Positions 1 to 12,479 of a stretch of 64,000 nt of DNA are shown one piece after another. Numbering within the stretch: position 1 is the stretch's first letter; every line of letters starts with the position of its first letter. Source of the DNA: Lytechinus pictus (taxonomy: Eukaryota). Under the pieces are notes generated by a model. That model ran no database searches and was not told where the DNA came from. It saw only the letters and a program-made list of their open reading frames with translations. Both the position numbers and the translations under genes were made by a program. The DNA is taken from contig NC_087251.1 of the NCBI RefSeq assembly GCF_037042905.1, forward strand, positions 37,760,001 to 37,824,000, read 5' to 3'.

Positions 1-823
1 AAGGGTAGATGAGATGTTGGTTATGTATTTATGTGTATTGCCTACAGATAGAAGGGTAGATAAGATGTTGGTTATTTATTTATTTACGCTTGTTGTATAA
101 AGTCTAAAGTTATAATGCTTTTTAATCAGTTTCATGTAGTAACCATGGGAATGGCCAATGCTTTGTATTGATACTGATTTGTTAACTTACTTTGATTAAT
201 ATGTGATACCTTTCTTGCAGGTCTACCGGTATGTTTTCCGGAATCCACAGAATTTACAGATATAGTTTTGTTTTACCTTTTTAAGGAGTGAATTGATTTT
301 GTTGTTTAGAAAGTAATTGTCCCCTAAGCCAATTGGTTGGAGGTCGACTTATTCCTATTGAAAGATATAGAAAAGTGGTTGCGCCAATATGTTATTGTAT
401 TTGATGTGTCTTGTGAAATGTCGCCCTCTGCGAGGGATGATGTCTTATCGGCCCTTACGATGGCCGCGCACGATAAATGAGGTTTGCCCTAATGTTGGTG
501 TAATAAAATTGTTATTACTGTAACTGGTTTCCCATCTCCTTTATTACTTAATGTCGGATGTTATATAGAAATGAACCCTTTTGAAAAGCGGCCTTGCTTC
601 CCATGTATCAAAATTTAAGGCCTCCATTCAGTTTTATAAAGACTTGTTGTAAAAACAAATGCATAATTTCTATTATAAATTTGCCATTAGCCAATCAGAA
701 TGGAGGATTTCAGTAACTTTTTACTGTAATTTCAAATTTGTTATGATTACATGTGTGATGAAACAGACCCAGGACTTGTCATGTAATAACATAGTAACAC
801 TCTATTCATTCTCTTTTCATTAG

Positions 824-932
824 AGCTAAACCATTCAGAAACATTAGGAGACTAACTCTACTGAAGTCAAGACATGTGTACAAGAAGCACAGGGTACAGT
901 ACGAGATGAGAACGTACTACAGAGTGATTAAA
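824..932 (+). CDS. MRPS10: Mitochondrial ribosomal protein S10, internal coding exon (upstream exons lie outside the window)
   Basis: ttttcattag acceptor and gtaagt donor. Translates [36 protein letters not shown], matching the MRPS10 motif [20 protein letters not shown]. Confidence 0.95.
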
Positions 933-956
933 GTAAGTACACTAATTTACCACTTG

Positions 957-1480
957 AAGTGATGATGATGGAGATATTTTTTGGGGGGGTGTAAAATAAT
1001 GATTTCTGGCCTTTTTATTATAAACAATTTACAGTTTTTAACATATTATGATAATTGAGATGGTGAAAGTAATGACAGTGATGAATGGTTTGATGGTGGT
1101 GATGATGATTATGATTACAATTATAATGATGGTGGTGAAGACGATGATGATAATGGAAATGATGGTGGTGGTGATGAGGGAGAGGAGGAGGAGAAAGAGG
1201 ATAGTGATAATGGTGATTGTGATGGTGGTGATAGTAAAAATGATATGAAGAGAAAAGAAATTATGATGGTGGTGAGGATGATAATGGGGATGAAAATTAT
1301 TATAATGATGGTGATAAAGATGATGTTGGTGTTGGTGATGATGATGATGGTGATGATGTTGGCGTTGGTGATGATGATGATGGCGATGATGATGATGGTG
1401 GTAAAGATGATGGTCAATAATGATGAAAATGGTGATGAGGATGTTTGTGACAGTGGTGATAGTTGAGATCATAATGAGGA
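957..1480 (+). repeat. Degenerate (GAT/GGT)n trinucleotide tract in MRPS10 intron
   Basis: Continuous gatgatggtgatg low-complexity sequence; explains the spurious Met/His/Ile-rich ORFs. Confidence 0.95.
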
Positions 1481-1575
1481 AATAAATGTAATTTAAAAAA
1501 AAAGTTTTAATTTGATTGGTGATTCCTATTATATGTTTCTTTTTGCATTTTCTTTATATTTTTATTTTCTCTCAG

Positions 1576-1665
1576 CTGAAGCATTTAACAGGTTCCACAG
1601 CTAGTGTGTTCTTAGAGTATATTCAAAGAAATTTACCTGAAGGTGTTGCAATGCAAGTTCAGAAG
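1576..1665 (+). CDS. MRPS10: MRPS10 coding exon (90 nt, phase 0-0)
   Basis: ttctctcag acceptor, gtaaag donor. [30 protein letters not shown] matches the conserved [26 protein letters not shown]. Confidence 0.96.
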
Positions 1666-1984
1666 GTAAAGTGTTAAAGTTTGTATTCTTTGATTATATT
1701 TTGCCGGTCACAAAAGGTGGCATGTATTGTATCATACAAGAGTTTTATAAAACAAAAATTAACGTCCAGAATTCTATAAGGGAATACAATTAACTATTAA
1801 GAGGGAATTTTTTCTTCTATTTTTTATATTTCTATACCAGTGTGAAATTTCAGTCTATGTATCAAAATAACACTTATGACAGATGTTAATCAATATTTAG
1901 AAAGGTATTGGTTAATTATGTGTTTGTGTGAGTTATTGATGAATCTTTCATAAAAAGGGAACTTCATATTCAGTAAATACAGTG

Positions 1985-2119
1985 TATATCAATATCATCA
2001 CCATTATCAATGTAATCATCATCATCACCTATTTGATCATCATTGTCATCACCCTCATCATCATCACCATCATCATTATCATTATCGACATCATCATCAT
2101 TATCAATATCATTATCGAC

Positions 2120-2150
<31 letters not shown>

Positions 2151-2164
2151 ATATCATTATTGAC

Positions 2165-2195
<31 letters not shown>

Positions 2196-2235
2196 ATATC
2201 ATTATCGACATCATCATTATCATCATCACTATCAG
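1985..2235 (+). repeat. Degenerate (CAT/TAT)n trinucleotide tract with internal higher-order duplication
   Basis: catcatcattatc repeats; the block atcaatatcattatcgacatcatcatcatt recurs. Confidence 0.95.
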
Positions 2236-2819
2236 TTTTTCTAGTCCACCATTCATATTATCATTCATTATTACCTATACAAGGTATTTTAGCAGATAAA
2301 TAAAAGTCATATTTCGCTCGCTAATTTCAATCCGAGACCGACGAGGTAAACATTTGCCATTTTGCTCTCCCCTGGCTTTGCCCATAGGAATCCTGTACAA
2401 AACAGAGGGCAATATTGGCCATATTTCTGCTAGTGTGCTTGCGCAGTAGGAGCCAATTTTGATCGCTAGTTTCAGTATTTGAGAAATCTGGCTGGAACCA
2501 GTTTATGAACAAACGCATTGTAGATAATGCGCGGCGCGGCCAGTGCATACACAAACATAACCCAAGCGCAAGATTTCTACGCGTTGAGTGTATGTGCGCA
2601 CCATGCATGATGCGCGACTGCAATGTAACAATTACGTCACAATTGCTTATTAAGGGTTACTTCGCTAAGGTCGTGAATAACCTGAAATCAGAAATAGTGA
2701 TGAGCAAACAGGCATATAAATTGTCCCAAATAGTAGCTTGAATTACACATTGTAAAACCTTAGGTAATAATAATAATATTGACTGGCTCTTCTTTCGGGA
2801 AACATCAAATATGTTGCCC

Positions 2820-3430
2820 TTTCATTCATTTCATTTTTTCATTCATTTCATTTATTTGACCATTTAAAATCAACATAGTACATGAACATCATAAAATAAG
2901 TATCATACAAATCAATCATTGACAAACAAGATAACAATTCAAAAATGGCCAGGACCCAAAAGAAACAAAACTGCTTGTAAACTGGGCCCTACATAAAAAT
3001 ACATGTAAAATATTAGTCTGTACACATACACACACCCATGCACCCATACACTCACGTACATACCCATCCTAATACATGTACATCCACGCATCAATCCATA
3101 CACAGCAAACACATAGCTCGAGATCATAGAGAAAAATAGGAAAGTAAAGAGAGTGATACATGCAAGTAAAAAAAATAAAAATAACAAAAAACTTTAGAAG
3201 ATGAAATAGATAAGTATCCTACTCAGCCATGGAAAACATTTTACTAAATATAAGTTTCTTATACAGACACTTAAATCGATTTATCGTAGTACTGGATCTT
3301 ATATCGAAATTTAGATTATTCCATTCGCGTACCCCAACAGAAGATAAAGAATTATAGAGTAATGTTGAATGGCAAAGAGGAATGTGTAAGTTTTTGCTTT
3401 GACGAGTTGGATAATTATGAAATGCAGAAC
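2820..3430 (-). mobile_element. 5'-truncated CR1/L2-clade LINE 3' end
   Basis: Minus strand HNYPTRQSKNLHIP..VGVREWNNLNFDIRSSTTINRFK is a typical LINE ORF2 C-terminus, followed by a 3' UTR, AATAAA and a (TGAA)-type tail. Confidence 0.75.
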
Positions 3431-3548
3431 CATATTGCCCTCGTCTAAAGACTCGGGCCAATATGATTCTGTTGCGGGCGACATATTTGATGTTCCCCTC
3501 AAGGCCAGTCAATGTTATATAATTATTCTCTCGTGTTTCTCTTTCCAG

Positions 3549-3680
3549 TGTTCAATCGAGAAGTTACCTGCTCATCTGCAGTCTCCTCCCGAGGAATTGG
3601 AAGAAGATCTTGAGGTGACATCATCTTCCTCCTCATCCTCATCAGAATCAGAAGATGAATCGCAAGACAAGACATCATGA
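3549..3680 (+). CDS. MRPS10: MRPS10 terminal coding exon
   Basis: ctctttccag acceptor, phase 0. CSIEKLPAHLQSPPEELEEDLEVTSSSSSSSSESEDESQDKTS* (cf. vertebrate LEQLPEHI). Confidence 0.9.
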   Translation, partial: CSIEKLPAHLQSPPEELEEDLEVTSSSSSSSSESEDESQDKTS

Positions 3681-4587
3681 TACTCACCGTCTCTGAATTG
3701 AAATTCTAGTCTTGTTGCAGAACCATCACATATGGGTGCTATGTATTCGTGTGTAATTGAGATTTACAGACATGTATCAATCAGATGTGGTTATTTACAT
3801 GTACGTCACCAACCGAAAGATTTGACCAATGCTCGAACCTCTCTACCAATTTGTAACTTACAAGAATACCTGTGCACACCACTATGCCCAGTTGTGGCTT
3901 GGGATTTGCTAGAAGACGAGAGACATATGTAACTCAGTAATTAGAATATTGATGAATTTCATTATTATTGACAAAGATTATCTAAGTCTAATTTCTTTCG
4001 ATCATGGAAATGTGTTTGGCTTAAAGCAAAATATTGAACTTTGAAGATGTCTATAGCACGTGCAAAATGCATGCGATGATTTGGAAAATATTCTTTGACT
4101 GAGGCAATCATTTGACCAGTATGTCATATCAATTCCCTTATATGAATATGTTTTTTAAGCAACATGTGGAACGGTTTTGAAGGGGGAGGGCTTACCAAAT
4201 TATATAAAATATGTCGGTGAAAAATTACTCTGTTTCATGGGATGCTCCCCTGCAGTAGGTCAGAGTGCCTTCTGTTCTTTAAGATGGATCCAGGTGAAGT
4301 CTCTTCATATTAAAATTCCAATTAGAATGATAAAATTAGTACTTCATTACTATAAGTACATGAGAAAGTAAAAAGCACTTTGAAAAATTTTGAAGATACA
4401 ACGGTTTGTACCATTATGAAAAAAGTTTCTTGCTTTGGTGTTGGGAGGAAACATTCTTTACTGTGGGGTACCCCAAACGAGGAGCCGTATGTACAGGTAA
4501 CTTTGTCAAAGCATTTGGTACCACAGAAATAAGTTTGAGTTTGACAAATTTGACTTGGTAGAAGCATATGACACATGTTTTGCATAT

Positions 4588-4975
4588 CCTGGAACATGTA
4601 ACACAAAGCTTAAGCAATCATCATAGAACATTGTTTCAAAGATTGATTGCATCGGCTACTGCATACAAATAATCATAAATCAGGCATGGGATTAATCGCT
4701 AAACTTTGTGTTATGGGATCCTGAGCCTCTTAACATAAAATTTCAGGATCTCGTAACACATAGGTTAGCGATTAATCGTATGCTTGATTTTCAGGATTGA
4801 TTGTACATTGTAGTCAATGCAATCAATCGTAGAAAAATGTTCTACGATCATCGCTAAGCTTTGTGTTACGGGCCCCAGATATTGATTATCTATTCTGGTT
4901 GTACAAAATAATGCAATCAATCATAGAACTCAGCTCCATGATCAATTGCTAAGATTTGTGTTACAGGGCCCTGGT
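4588..4975. mobile_element. Cluster of 2-3 related palindromic Harbinger-like MITEs
   Basis: Repeated gtaacacaaagctta.. / ..ctttgtgttacgggccc inverted ends flanked by CWG. Confidence 0.65.
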
Positions 4976-4996
4976 CTAAATTATTGTTTCAATTTG

Positions 4997-5202
4997 GGGG
5001 GTGTTTCACAAAGATTAAAGTATGACTTAAGTCGCACTTTAATGCCAACGCGTACATGATATGCAACGCACAATCTTATTGATCTATACGCAGTAGTGTG
5101 CATCCTCTTTGCATGATCTGACCTTTAGTGCCTTTTATACTGCACGCAACTCGGCATTTAAGTGCGATTCTAAGTCATACTTAAATCTTTGTGAAATGCC
5201 CC
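4997..5202. mobile_element. PIF/Harbinger-like MITE (same family as 52376-52587, opposite orientation)
   Basis: TIR gggggtgtttcacaaagatt / aatctttgtgaaatgcccc with CWG-type flanks. Confidence 0.8.
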
Positions 5203-5547
5203 CAGGTCAACTTATTAAAGCAAGTTTACCTGTGTTTAACTCGATAATGGCTGATGGATGATTGATCATAAACTTGGTTGGCATTGTGATGTAAATCATG
5301 TGCTCGTTGTCCATCACGCTGCGAATTCATGATCATTGATGTATGATAAATTTCACAATTATTAAAAAACCAAGCCTTATTTATAAGGTGAAAAACATTG
5401 CTTTTTCTATGGTTTTGGTTATTTCATTCAGGTAATTTTAAATATTTGAGGTATGATCTTGCATTACTTATCATGATGGCTTGTATGTATTGAAAAGCTG
5501 AAAAGTTTATTTGGAAAACACTGTATGACCATGGACCTAACTAACAC

Positions 5548-5570
5548 CATGGACCTGTGATAGGTCCATG
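5548..5570. mobile_element. 23-bp palindromic micro-element with 7-bp TSD
   Basis: ctaacac-[catggacct gtgat aggtccatg]-ctaacac. Confidence 0.6.
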
Positions 5571-5595
5571 CTAACACTAACTTCTGAGGCGTTGT

Positions 5596-5743
5596 ACAAC
5601 ACAAATAGCGAATATTCTAATCATGGTGCAAGATTTCGCATTCGGTGAAAGGAAGAGACACTCTATTCAACTCAGCTAACGCCTTGTTGTTTCACCTCAT
5701 GCGGAATCTCGCACCATCGCACTCATGCCTATTCACTATTTGT
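5596..5743. mobile_element. Hairpin-shaped non-autonomous element end, Crypton-like
   Basis: Long imperfect palindrome aaatagcgaata..atggtgcaagatt / aatctcgcaccat..tattcactattt. Confidence 0.4.
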
Positions 5744-6434
5744 ACCAAGGACACTACATAGAGCACGTAATGAAACGCTCAGGAAGAGCGCCCCACATCG
5801 TTGAGTAAGTAAACCTTCGCCAGCCTTCGCGTATCGCCATTTTGGTTTGTGTACAAAATATATGAGTGAAATTGTGGAGGGGTGAACGAATAGATGATTT
5901 TTGCATTTTAAGATTTTTTTCTTCATTTTTTTTTTTCTAAAATTAGAGATGAATATATTTTAGAGGTCTCTGGGAAGGAAAAAGGTGGAATTATCCACAT
6001 ACGTTGCCCTTGTGCCCTCTCCCAAATCCCCTCTTTCATTTTCCTCATATGTTTTATAAACAGCCGCGTACTGATGTTGTATGGTTTACTTACTCAACGC
6101 TGTTGGGCATCCTTTCCCATGAGCGAAATCGAGCGTTTCGAAAATCGCCGAAGTGTCCGATCTTCCCCTTGTAGTATCTTTGATTAAACCACAACTTCAG
6201 ACCAGATTTTGGATTAAACCTGACTTCAGAATACCGGCCATAGAATTTAATTGTCCCTTCAAAGACTATTTCTAAATATGATGCACATGCATCATTGTCT
6301 TGACAAATCAATGTACTTCTCTTTGTTTCCTAAGGGGCATTGTGTACACTTCCTATCTGCAGAATTATGACATTGATGGATACCCATACTTGAGATTGAT
6401 TCAGATTGGATCAATCACAATTCTGTGTAAGCAG

Positions 6435-6605
6435 GCGGGTGTTTCATAAAGCCGTTTGCAAGTTACGAGCGACTGTAAGAACGACTGGTGATCTTTTCTT
6501 ATGGTAAATGGTGTATTCATTGGCGATGGTTTAGCGCGTAAGAAAGATTCACCAGTCGTTCTTAAAGTCACTCTTAACTTACGAACAGCTTAATGAAACG
6601 GCCCC
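6435..6605. mobile_element. PIF/Harbinger-like MITE
   Basis: Near-palindromic element, ends gcgggtgtttcat / atgaaacggcccc, CAG on both sides. Confidence 0.8.
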
Positions 6606-8625
6606 CAGGACCAATGTCACTGTTCCAAAATATTGAGTATAAAGTTTTGTAAAGGTGAAATATGTCATGATTTATGAATCACTTCTAATTCAAAAACCAT
6701 ACAGAGGATGGAAAAAAAACAAATATTAAAGGCAAAACATAATTTAATTGAAATACATGGATTTATTTCCTGCACAAAGTTCAGAGGCTGTATAAGAATA
6801 TAATCATATTTTATAAAACATTTAAGTACATTCTAATTATACGAAGGCACCAGTTTTATTCTTTTAGTAAAAGGTAAAATGTCATTTTACTTAATATTTT
6901 TTTTGTAAGTAGAGAGACTATATTATAATACTTTTAATAAGCTTTCCTTATAACATATTTCTAAATTTCATTCTAATTTCGACATTTGGGCTACCTTATC
7001 TGTAAAAATATCAATATTTGTGTTCATAATGATCTAAAAATTCAGGTTTTGGTTATCTCCTGTAAGTCTATTGAAAAAAAAAAGTTTTTGTATGCTTCTC
7101 CAGATATATATACAGCACGGCTATTGCTGCAGGTTATCAATACCTTCCATTACTTTGTAAATTAAATTACACATGTACATTTAAAAAACACATTATAAAA
7201 TAATACCTTTTCATTCTGGTAGATTACTTTGACTTTTCACAGCAATACAGTAATGCCAATGAAAGAGATTTATTTATGAATACAAATACTTTATACATGA
7301 AATTAATACGAAGAAATTGTTCCACCTTTATTCAATACTTATACCTCTACGGAAATTGATTGTACTGGTCTCTTTATGTCATTGAGGTATCATTTTTTTA
7401 AATTCCTCTTCTTACAATTCATTTTATTTGAAGAGATTGAGGTAGTCTAATTTCAAAAAGTTTGTTAATTAATGATGATCGGGGCCCATGTTCATAAAAG
7501 TCTGGTTATCACCTAATTGTATAAACCAAATACACAATATGGTGAGCAATAGACTTATTACGATTTATTGCATGATTCATCATGAAAAATTGCACTTTTT
7601 GCAGTAACTGCAAGCTTCTATGCTCATTTCAACTCACTGTGGTTCATGTATGATGAAAGCACACCACAATGGACTATTGTGTTAATCCAGTATGTTCTGC
7701 CCAAGATCCTAGAAAATAATGAATGGGCCTTTACTGACACAAATCGACATTGAAACAAAATTATAGATAAATTGGTACATATCTAAACCTATTGGGTTAT
7801 TTATAACTAAACCATTTGTTTTAAATTTCTGCTTTAAAGAAATATATCTTGAATACAGCCTGCTCTGCACTCATCCATTCATAATGCATGCATTCTATAC
7901 TAAGAAGCGTAATTATCTAAATTGTTTCTTTAATAAAAAAAATATATATATTTAAAAGGCATTAGTTCTTGTCACATATCTTTACATAAATATATTTATA
8001 CATTTTAACAATACATAGTAAACCATATTATCCATATAGTCAATGCACCATGCATATGCATTTTTTGTTTTATAATAGGGGTCTTTATTTGAACGAGACT
8101 GCACCCCTCCTCCAAGACTAAGATCTCTCTTTGTAGTAACAATTTTCATTCTTTGTATTTTTCTCACCCTTTTCTTCTCTCTCCAGGCCGCCCTGCATTC
8201 ATTTCTCTAGTAAAATGACCACTCTCTGAAAATAGGTTTTGTATGTTACATGATCATTATGATTGTATGAATATTTTGCCTGTGGGGAATGTTCTGATTT
8301 TTGTAATTACTAGTCATACCCCTGTCTATTCAAGGATTTTTTTGGTTAAAGACATTGGTTTGGAAAAAAGGGTGGGGCTTAAGCCCCCCCCCCCCCCCTC
8401 CAGATATGTAGCCCATGTCTATGTAAGAGAACAGAAGAGAAGTGTTGAAACAGCACCAGACTTGAGCTCACACCAGATAGGCACTTAAAGAACATAATTC
8501 AGTGTTAAAACAGCACCAATTTAATTCTTAACAGGTGATAAATGTTTCAAAAATTATTTGGTGTTTCCTTCCAAATACATCTCGATGGTATTAAATTAAC
8601 ACCGGCGCGCCGTTTTGGGAGCGTG

Positions 8626-9063
8626 TCAAAGATTAAACCAATCAAAGACCCGTAGCTCTGAGGATCCCGCCCCTTGGGAGCGGCAAGAAGATGCTATACA
8701 TTTCCGTGTTGAAAATATTTCGTCGAATGGGTCACCGGGTGTGGGAGTATCAGGCTCCTCATCGTCAAATTTATTTCCACTTTCTATCTCGTTCGAGTTG
8801 ATCTCCTTATTCTTAGCACCGTTTAAAGTTTTGTGACCAGAAGATTCTCGTCTGTCGATCGTAGTCCCTGTCCTTCCGTTGGTCATTTGGCCCGAGTTCG
8901 TTGCAATCTTCTTTGTGATATAGGTGTCCTTTTCGACGATGAGACTTGTCCTATCGCTCTGGATCTGTGTCGGGTTCTTTGAACTACTTGCCTCCTCCTC
9001 ATCATCATCCCCGCGTAACCTCCGTACGAAGCTCGCAATTTGATTGTTTATGTCACGAAACAT
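8626..9063 (-). CDS. Hypothetical 145-aa hydrophilic protein (MFRDINNQIASFVRRLRG...RVFDWFNL); no recognisable family
   Basis: ATG at 9063 in a GC-richer island; protein-like composition; upstream tttatttcag acceptor near 9248 and gtaagt donor at 9469 suggest spliced 5' UTR exons. Confidence 0.5.
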   Translation of the reverse strand: MFRDINNQIASFVRRLRGDDDEEEASSSKNPTQIQSDRTSLIVEKDTYITKKIATNSGQMTNGRTGTTIDRRESSGHKTLNGAKNKEINSNEIESGNKFDDEEPDTPTPGDPFDEIFSTRKCIASSCRSQGAGSSELRVFDWFNL

Positions 9064-12000
9064 ATTGTTTGTTCTGAACGTAGAACCCGGACGTAGAAGT
9101 AGAATGCCAGTCAGATGATAAAATCTCAAGTTGTCATTGCGACTTTAATTGCTCGTGAAATGCATCATATATCCGTTGATTTGAAGATGACGTCTCGGGG
9201 AAAACGTTTTACGTGCCGCAGAATTATGTTTTTATGAGAAGTTTATTCTGAAATAAAAAAAAATAACAACATGAATGATGCATTTAAAGATTCTTTGTAT
9301 TAAATTCTCGTGGCATAGTTTTTTGTATATGCATGGGTAGTCGATTTATTATATACTGCCTGATCTTTCTGCATAGCCTTTCACTTTTCTTACATTAGAA
9401 AACTTTTACGACGTTACACTTTGTTAATCCTCAAAAGTGTTGCCATGTGGATGATATAGCTTTACTTACACCAAATAAAAATATGGAAGGAAACACAGTG
9501 TACAATATCCCGGACCCGGATATACATATATTCCGTTTTCAAAGAACAGTTTGAGGAAACGAGACAATGAGAAGAAATAATATCGACATCACTGAATAAA
9601 ACACATATGTTAATTTCATTTAAAGTTCAAGTTTAGTCAAACATTCAAATTGGTCTCTCTGTATCCGGTGATTTCCTTTCTCTCTCTTTCATTAAATGCA
9701 GTATATGATATATGATATCAATAGAAACAAAACGGTTTTCTTTATTAATTTTGCTCAAGCTACAATCGCAACATAAATCAACAATTATCGCAACATACTG
9801 TAATAATATAAGTGCAACATTTGATCTCGTGGTAATTATCGCAACATATATAATTCATTTACTTCATTCCAAAAGGGTAAAATCTAATATCAAACACACA
9901 AAGATTATTTAAAAGTGAAGCATTTATATACTTGTGTAATTAGCAGAACAACATCGAGGAATATATATATCTAACCAAATCTAGGAATGGAATCTTAATA
10001 ACTAGTATGTCATTAAAATGTGCTAGATTGAAGGTCGCAGGACTTTAGCTACATGTATGTCTTCACTTCTTCTTCATCCAGAGTAATTTTGGCATGAAGG
10101 AATAGGCCTATATATCTTCTTCTTCTTTGGGTGTACTGCCCAACGCCCCCATATCAGGATTGATGTTCATTACCCCTTACATTTTACATATCGTTGGTAA
10201 AAGATATACAATGAAGTTTATTTGATTTATTTTCTTTTTTTTTCTAGATATGGGTCAATGAACTTCAAGCACTCATGCGACTAACAGAAGTAGATCATGA
10301 CCTACAGCGACAATTATTCTTGAACAAGAATCATGTCTTAATCATGATTGTATCATTGTATGTCACGATGTATGTTAAGAAGCTTATTACAACGAATGAA
10401 AAATATAAGAGACAGTTTTAACATACCATTAACTGAAGGATTCAAGCTATAATTTCTGTTCCCATATATATCCTTAGAAAGAGCATGTAGTTATGTAGTT
10501 TTGTAACTGTCCATGGCAATACGGTGACCCGGTCTGTGAAGTTATCACAGCGCAAGACTGTTCAGGGAACTGCTTGTTACGTGTAGACCATATAGTATAT
10601 ATTCTGGATATTGTGCATGTATACGTGTGCCCAAAGTCCATTTTTTCGGCGCGGTCCTATTGTTGGGGTCGTGGTTCACAGCTTACCCTATATAGTATTA
10701 TAGTAACAATTGGGCTACATGTATCACAAAAGCAAACACCAGCTGCTTGAGTTCGCCTCATCGGAGTCGCATTTACCCACCCCCTATTGTATTTTTTATT
10801 TTATTTTAAAGTTTAAAACTGACCCCCCTCACCCCTCCCACCGTGCGATTTTACAAAATACAAGTATTGAATATGCGGAAATTGGATTAAGAAAAAAGGA
10901 AATATAAAAATAATGGAAGAAGATAATAAAAAAATAGAGTGTATAGTAGTGTAAAAAAAAAATAAAGAAGTGAATTAAGGATCTGCACACTGGCTGGATC
11001 CTGTTCAATCAGGGAAGATGTAGTTCAAGCGACGACACGCTATTAACATGGAAATGAAATTGTAAGTTCTATTTGAAAGGGTATAAAACATAAGATCTAA
11101 TTTCTTAATATTATGTCAAAATCTATGACAAAAGTAAATTTATATATATATATATGGTTGTCGATCCCCAAATATTTCAGGTGTGTGGGGGGGGGGTGTC
11201 CTGTGTTATCTTCCCGATAATTTACTGTCGAGCCTATTATTTTATGATGAATCGTAATTTCTGAAAAGGATGATAATGATGATAAGCATGGAGTACATGA
11301 TGATAATAATGATTTCGTGTATACACCATGATGACCTTCATTTCCCCCTGAATTTTCTTATGTCTATAGTTTATTGAATGAAAGAATCCCCATCAGAAAA
11401 TGCTAGAAACAGATGGATGGATAAATTAAAAAAAATCTCGGATTATCTCATGATTATGTTTATGTACAGTCATTATCCCTTGTTAAAATTTAATTCAAGT
11501 ATATACACAAATGTGAGAACTGAAATCTAAAAGAGTGTTCAAAAAGAAGATATTTAGGAAAACCGACAAGAGTACTAAAAAAACCGCCTCATTCTTATGT
11601 CATTTTTTCCAAAAATTTCAGCTCGCACTTCAAGCTCGCATTATTGATCTATTCCATATATACTCGTACGAAGTTCCGAATTTTGTTGTAAAAATAAAGC
11701 TAAAATATACTATTGAACTACAGTCATAAGGACTTCCCTCCTCATCAGCTTGCATACAGATGTATATAGGGCTTGGGGTCATGGACCCTCGAAAAGGGTC
11801 ACGACCGAGAAAGGACAAAAGAAAGAAAAGGGTGGAATATCTTATATTTTTTAATATCATGAATAAATCTATCACAAAATTATTAGATTTGTTGAATAAA
11901 GAGGTCAAAACTTTTGCTCGCTCGCTCGCTTCGCTCTCTCGCAGCTTAATATGATTTTACCGTTAACGCCATGTCTGACACCATAATACTTGTACACTTG

Positions 12001-12479
12001 ATACGCCACTGACCCCGCCCTCCTAAACTAAAATAAAGAAAATCCCCCACAGAGAATTGCGTGAGTAACCTCCAACCAATGAACACCGATCGACATTCAT
12101 ATGTTCTACATGTTTCGATTACAATCGGGATTGGAAGCAGATTCAATGCCTTCAGTAAACTGTTTCCCATCAAAACTTGTCAAAACCACTTGCATTGGGT
12201 GATTTATAACTTGTAACTATAATAATGGCAATAACAAAGTAAGAATAAAAATTGAAGTACGCGTCACGCTATTCCTCTTTTATTTTTTTTTCTCTTCAGA
12301 CTTGGTTCTTTCTAGACCCTTTTAATCGAAATGATGATTTTTATTACAGAAATCAAAGTTTGTGATAGATTTTTACATAACACTTAGAAAAAAATAGGCC
12401 TATGTTTTACCCTTATCCCTTTGCTTTTCTCTTTTATTTTCTTGGTCGTGAAATTTTTTTGGGGGGAACGCCCATGTCC

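Noticed and set aside
1..85. Two copies of an approximately 51-bp unit at the window edge
   Set aside because: Truncated by the window boundary; cannot be interpreted.
1038..2303. His-, Ile-, Met- and Ser-rich ORFs
   Set aside because: Artefacts of intronic trinucleotide tracts inside MRPS10.
2327..2741. CpG-richer segment with short ORFs and a CRE-like ttacgtca
   Set aside because: No protein similarity and no defined ends; insufficient support for a gene or regulatory call.
6090..6357. Minus-strand exon-like segment with AG and GT signals
   Set aside because: Runs through a MITE end and has no recognisable product.
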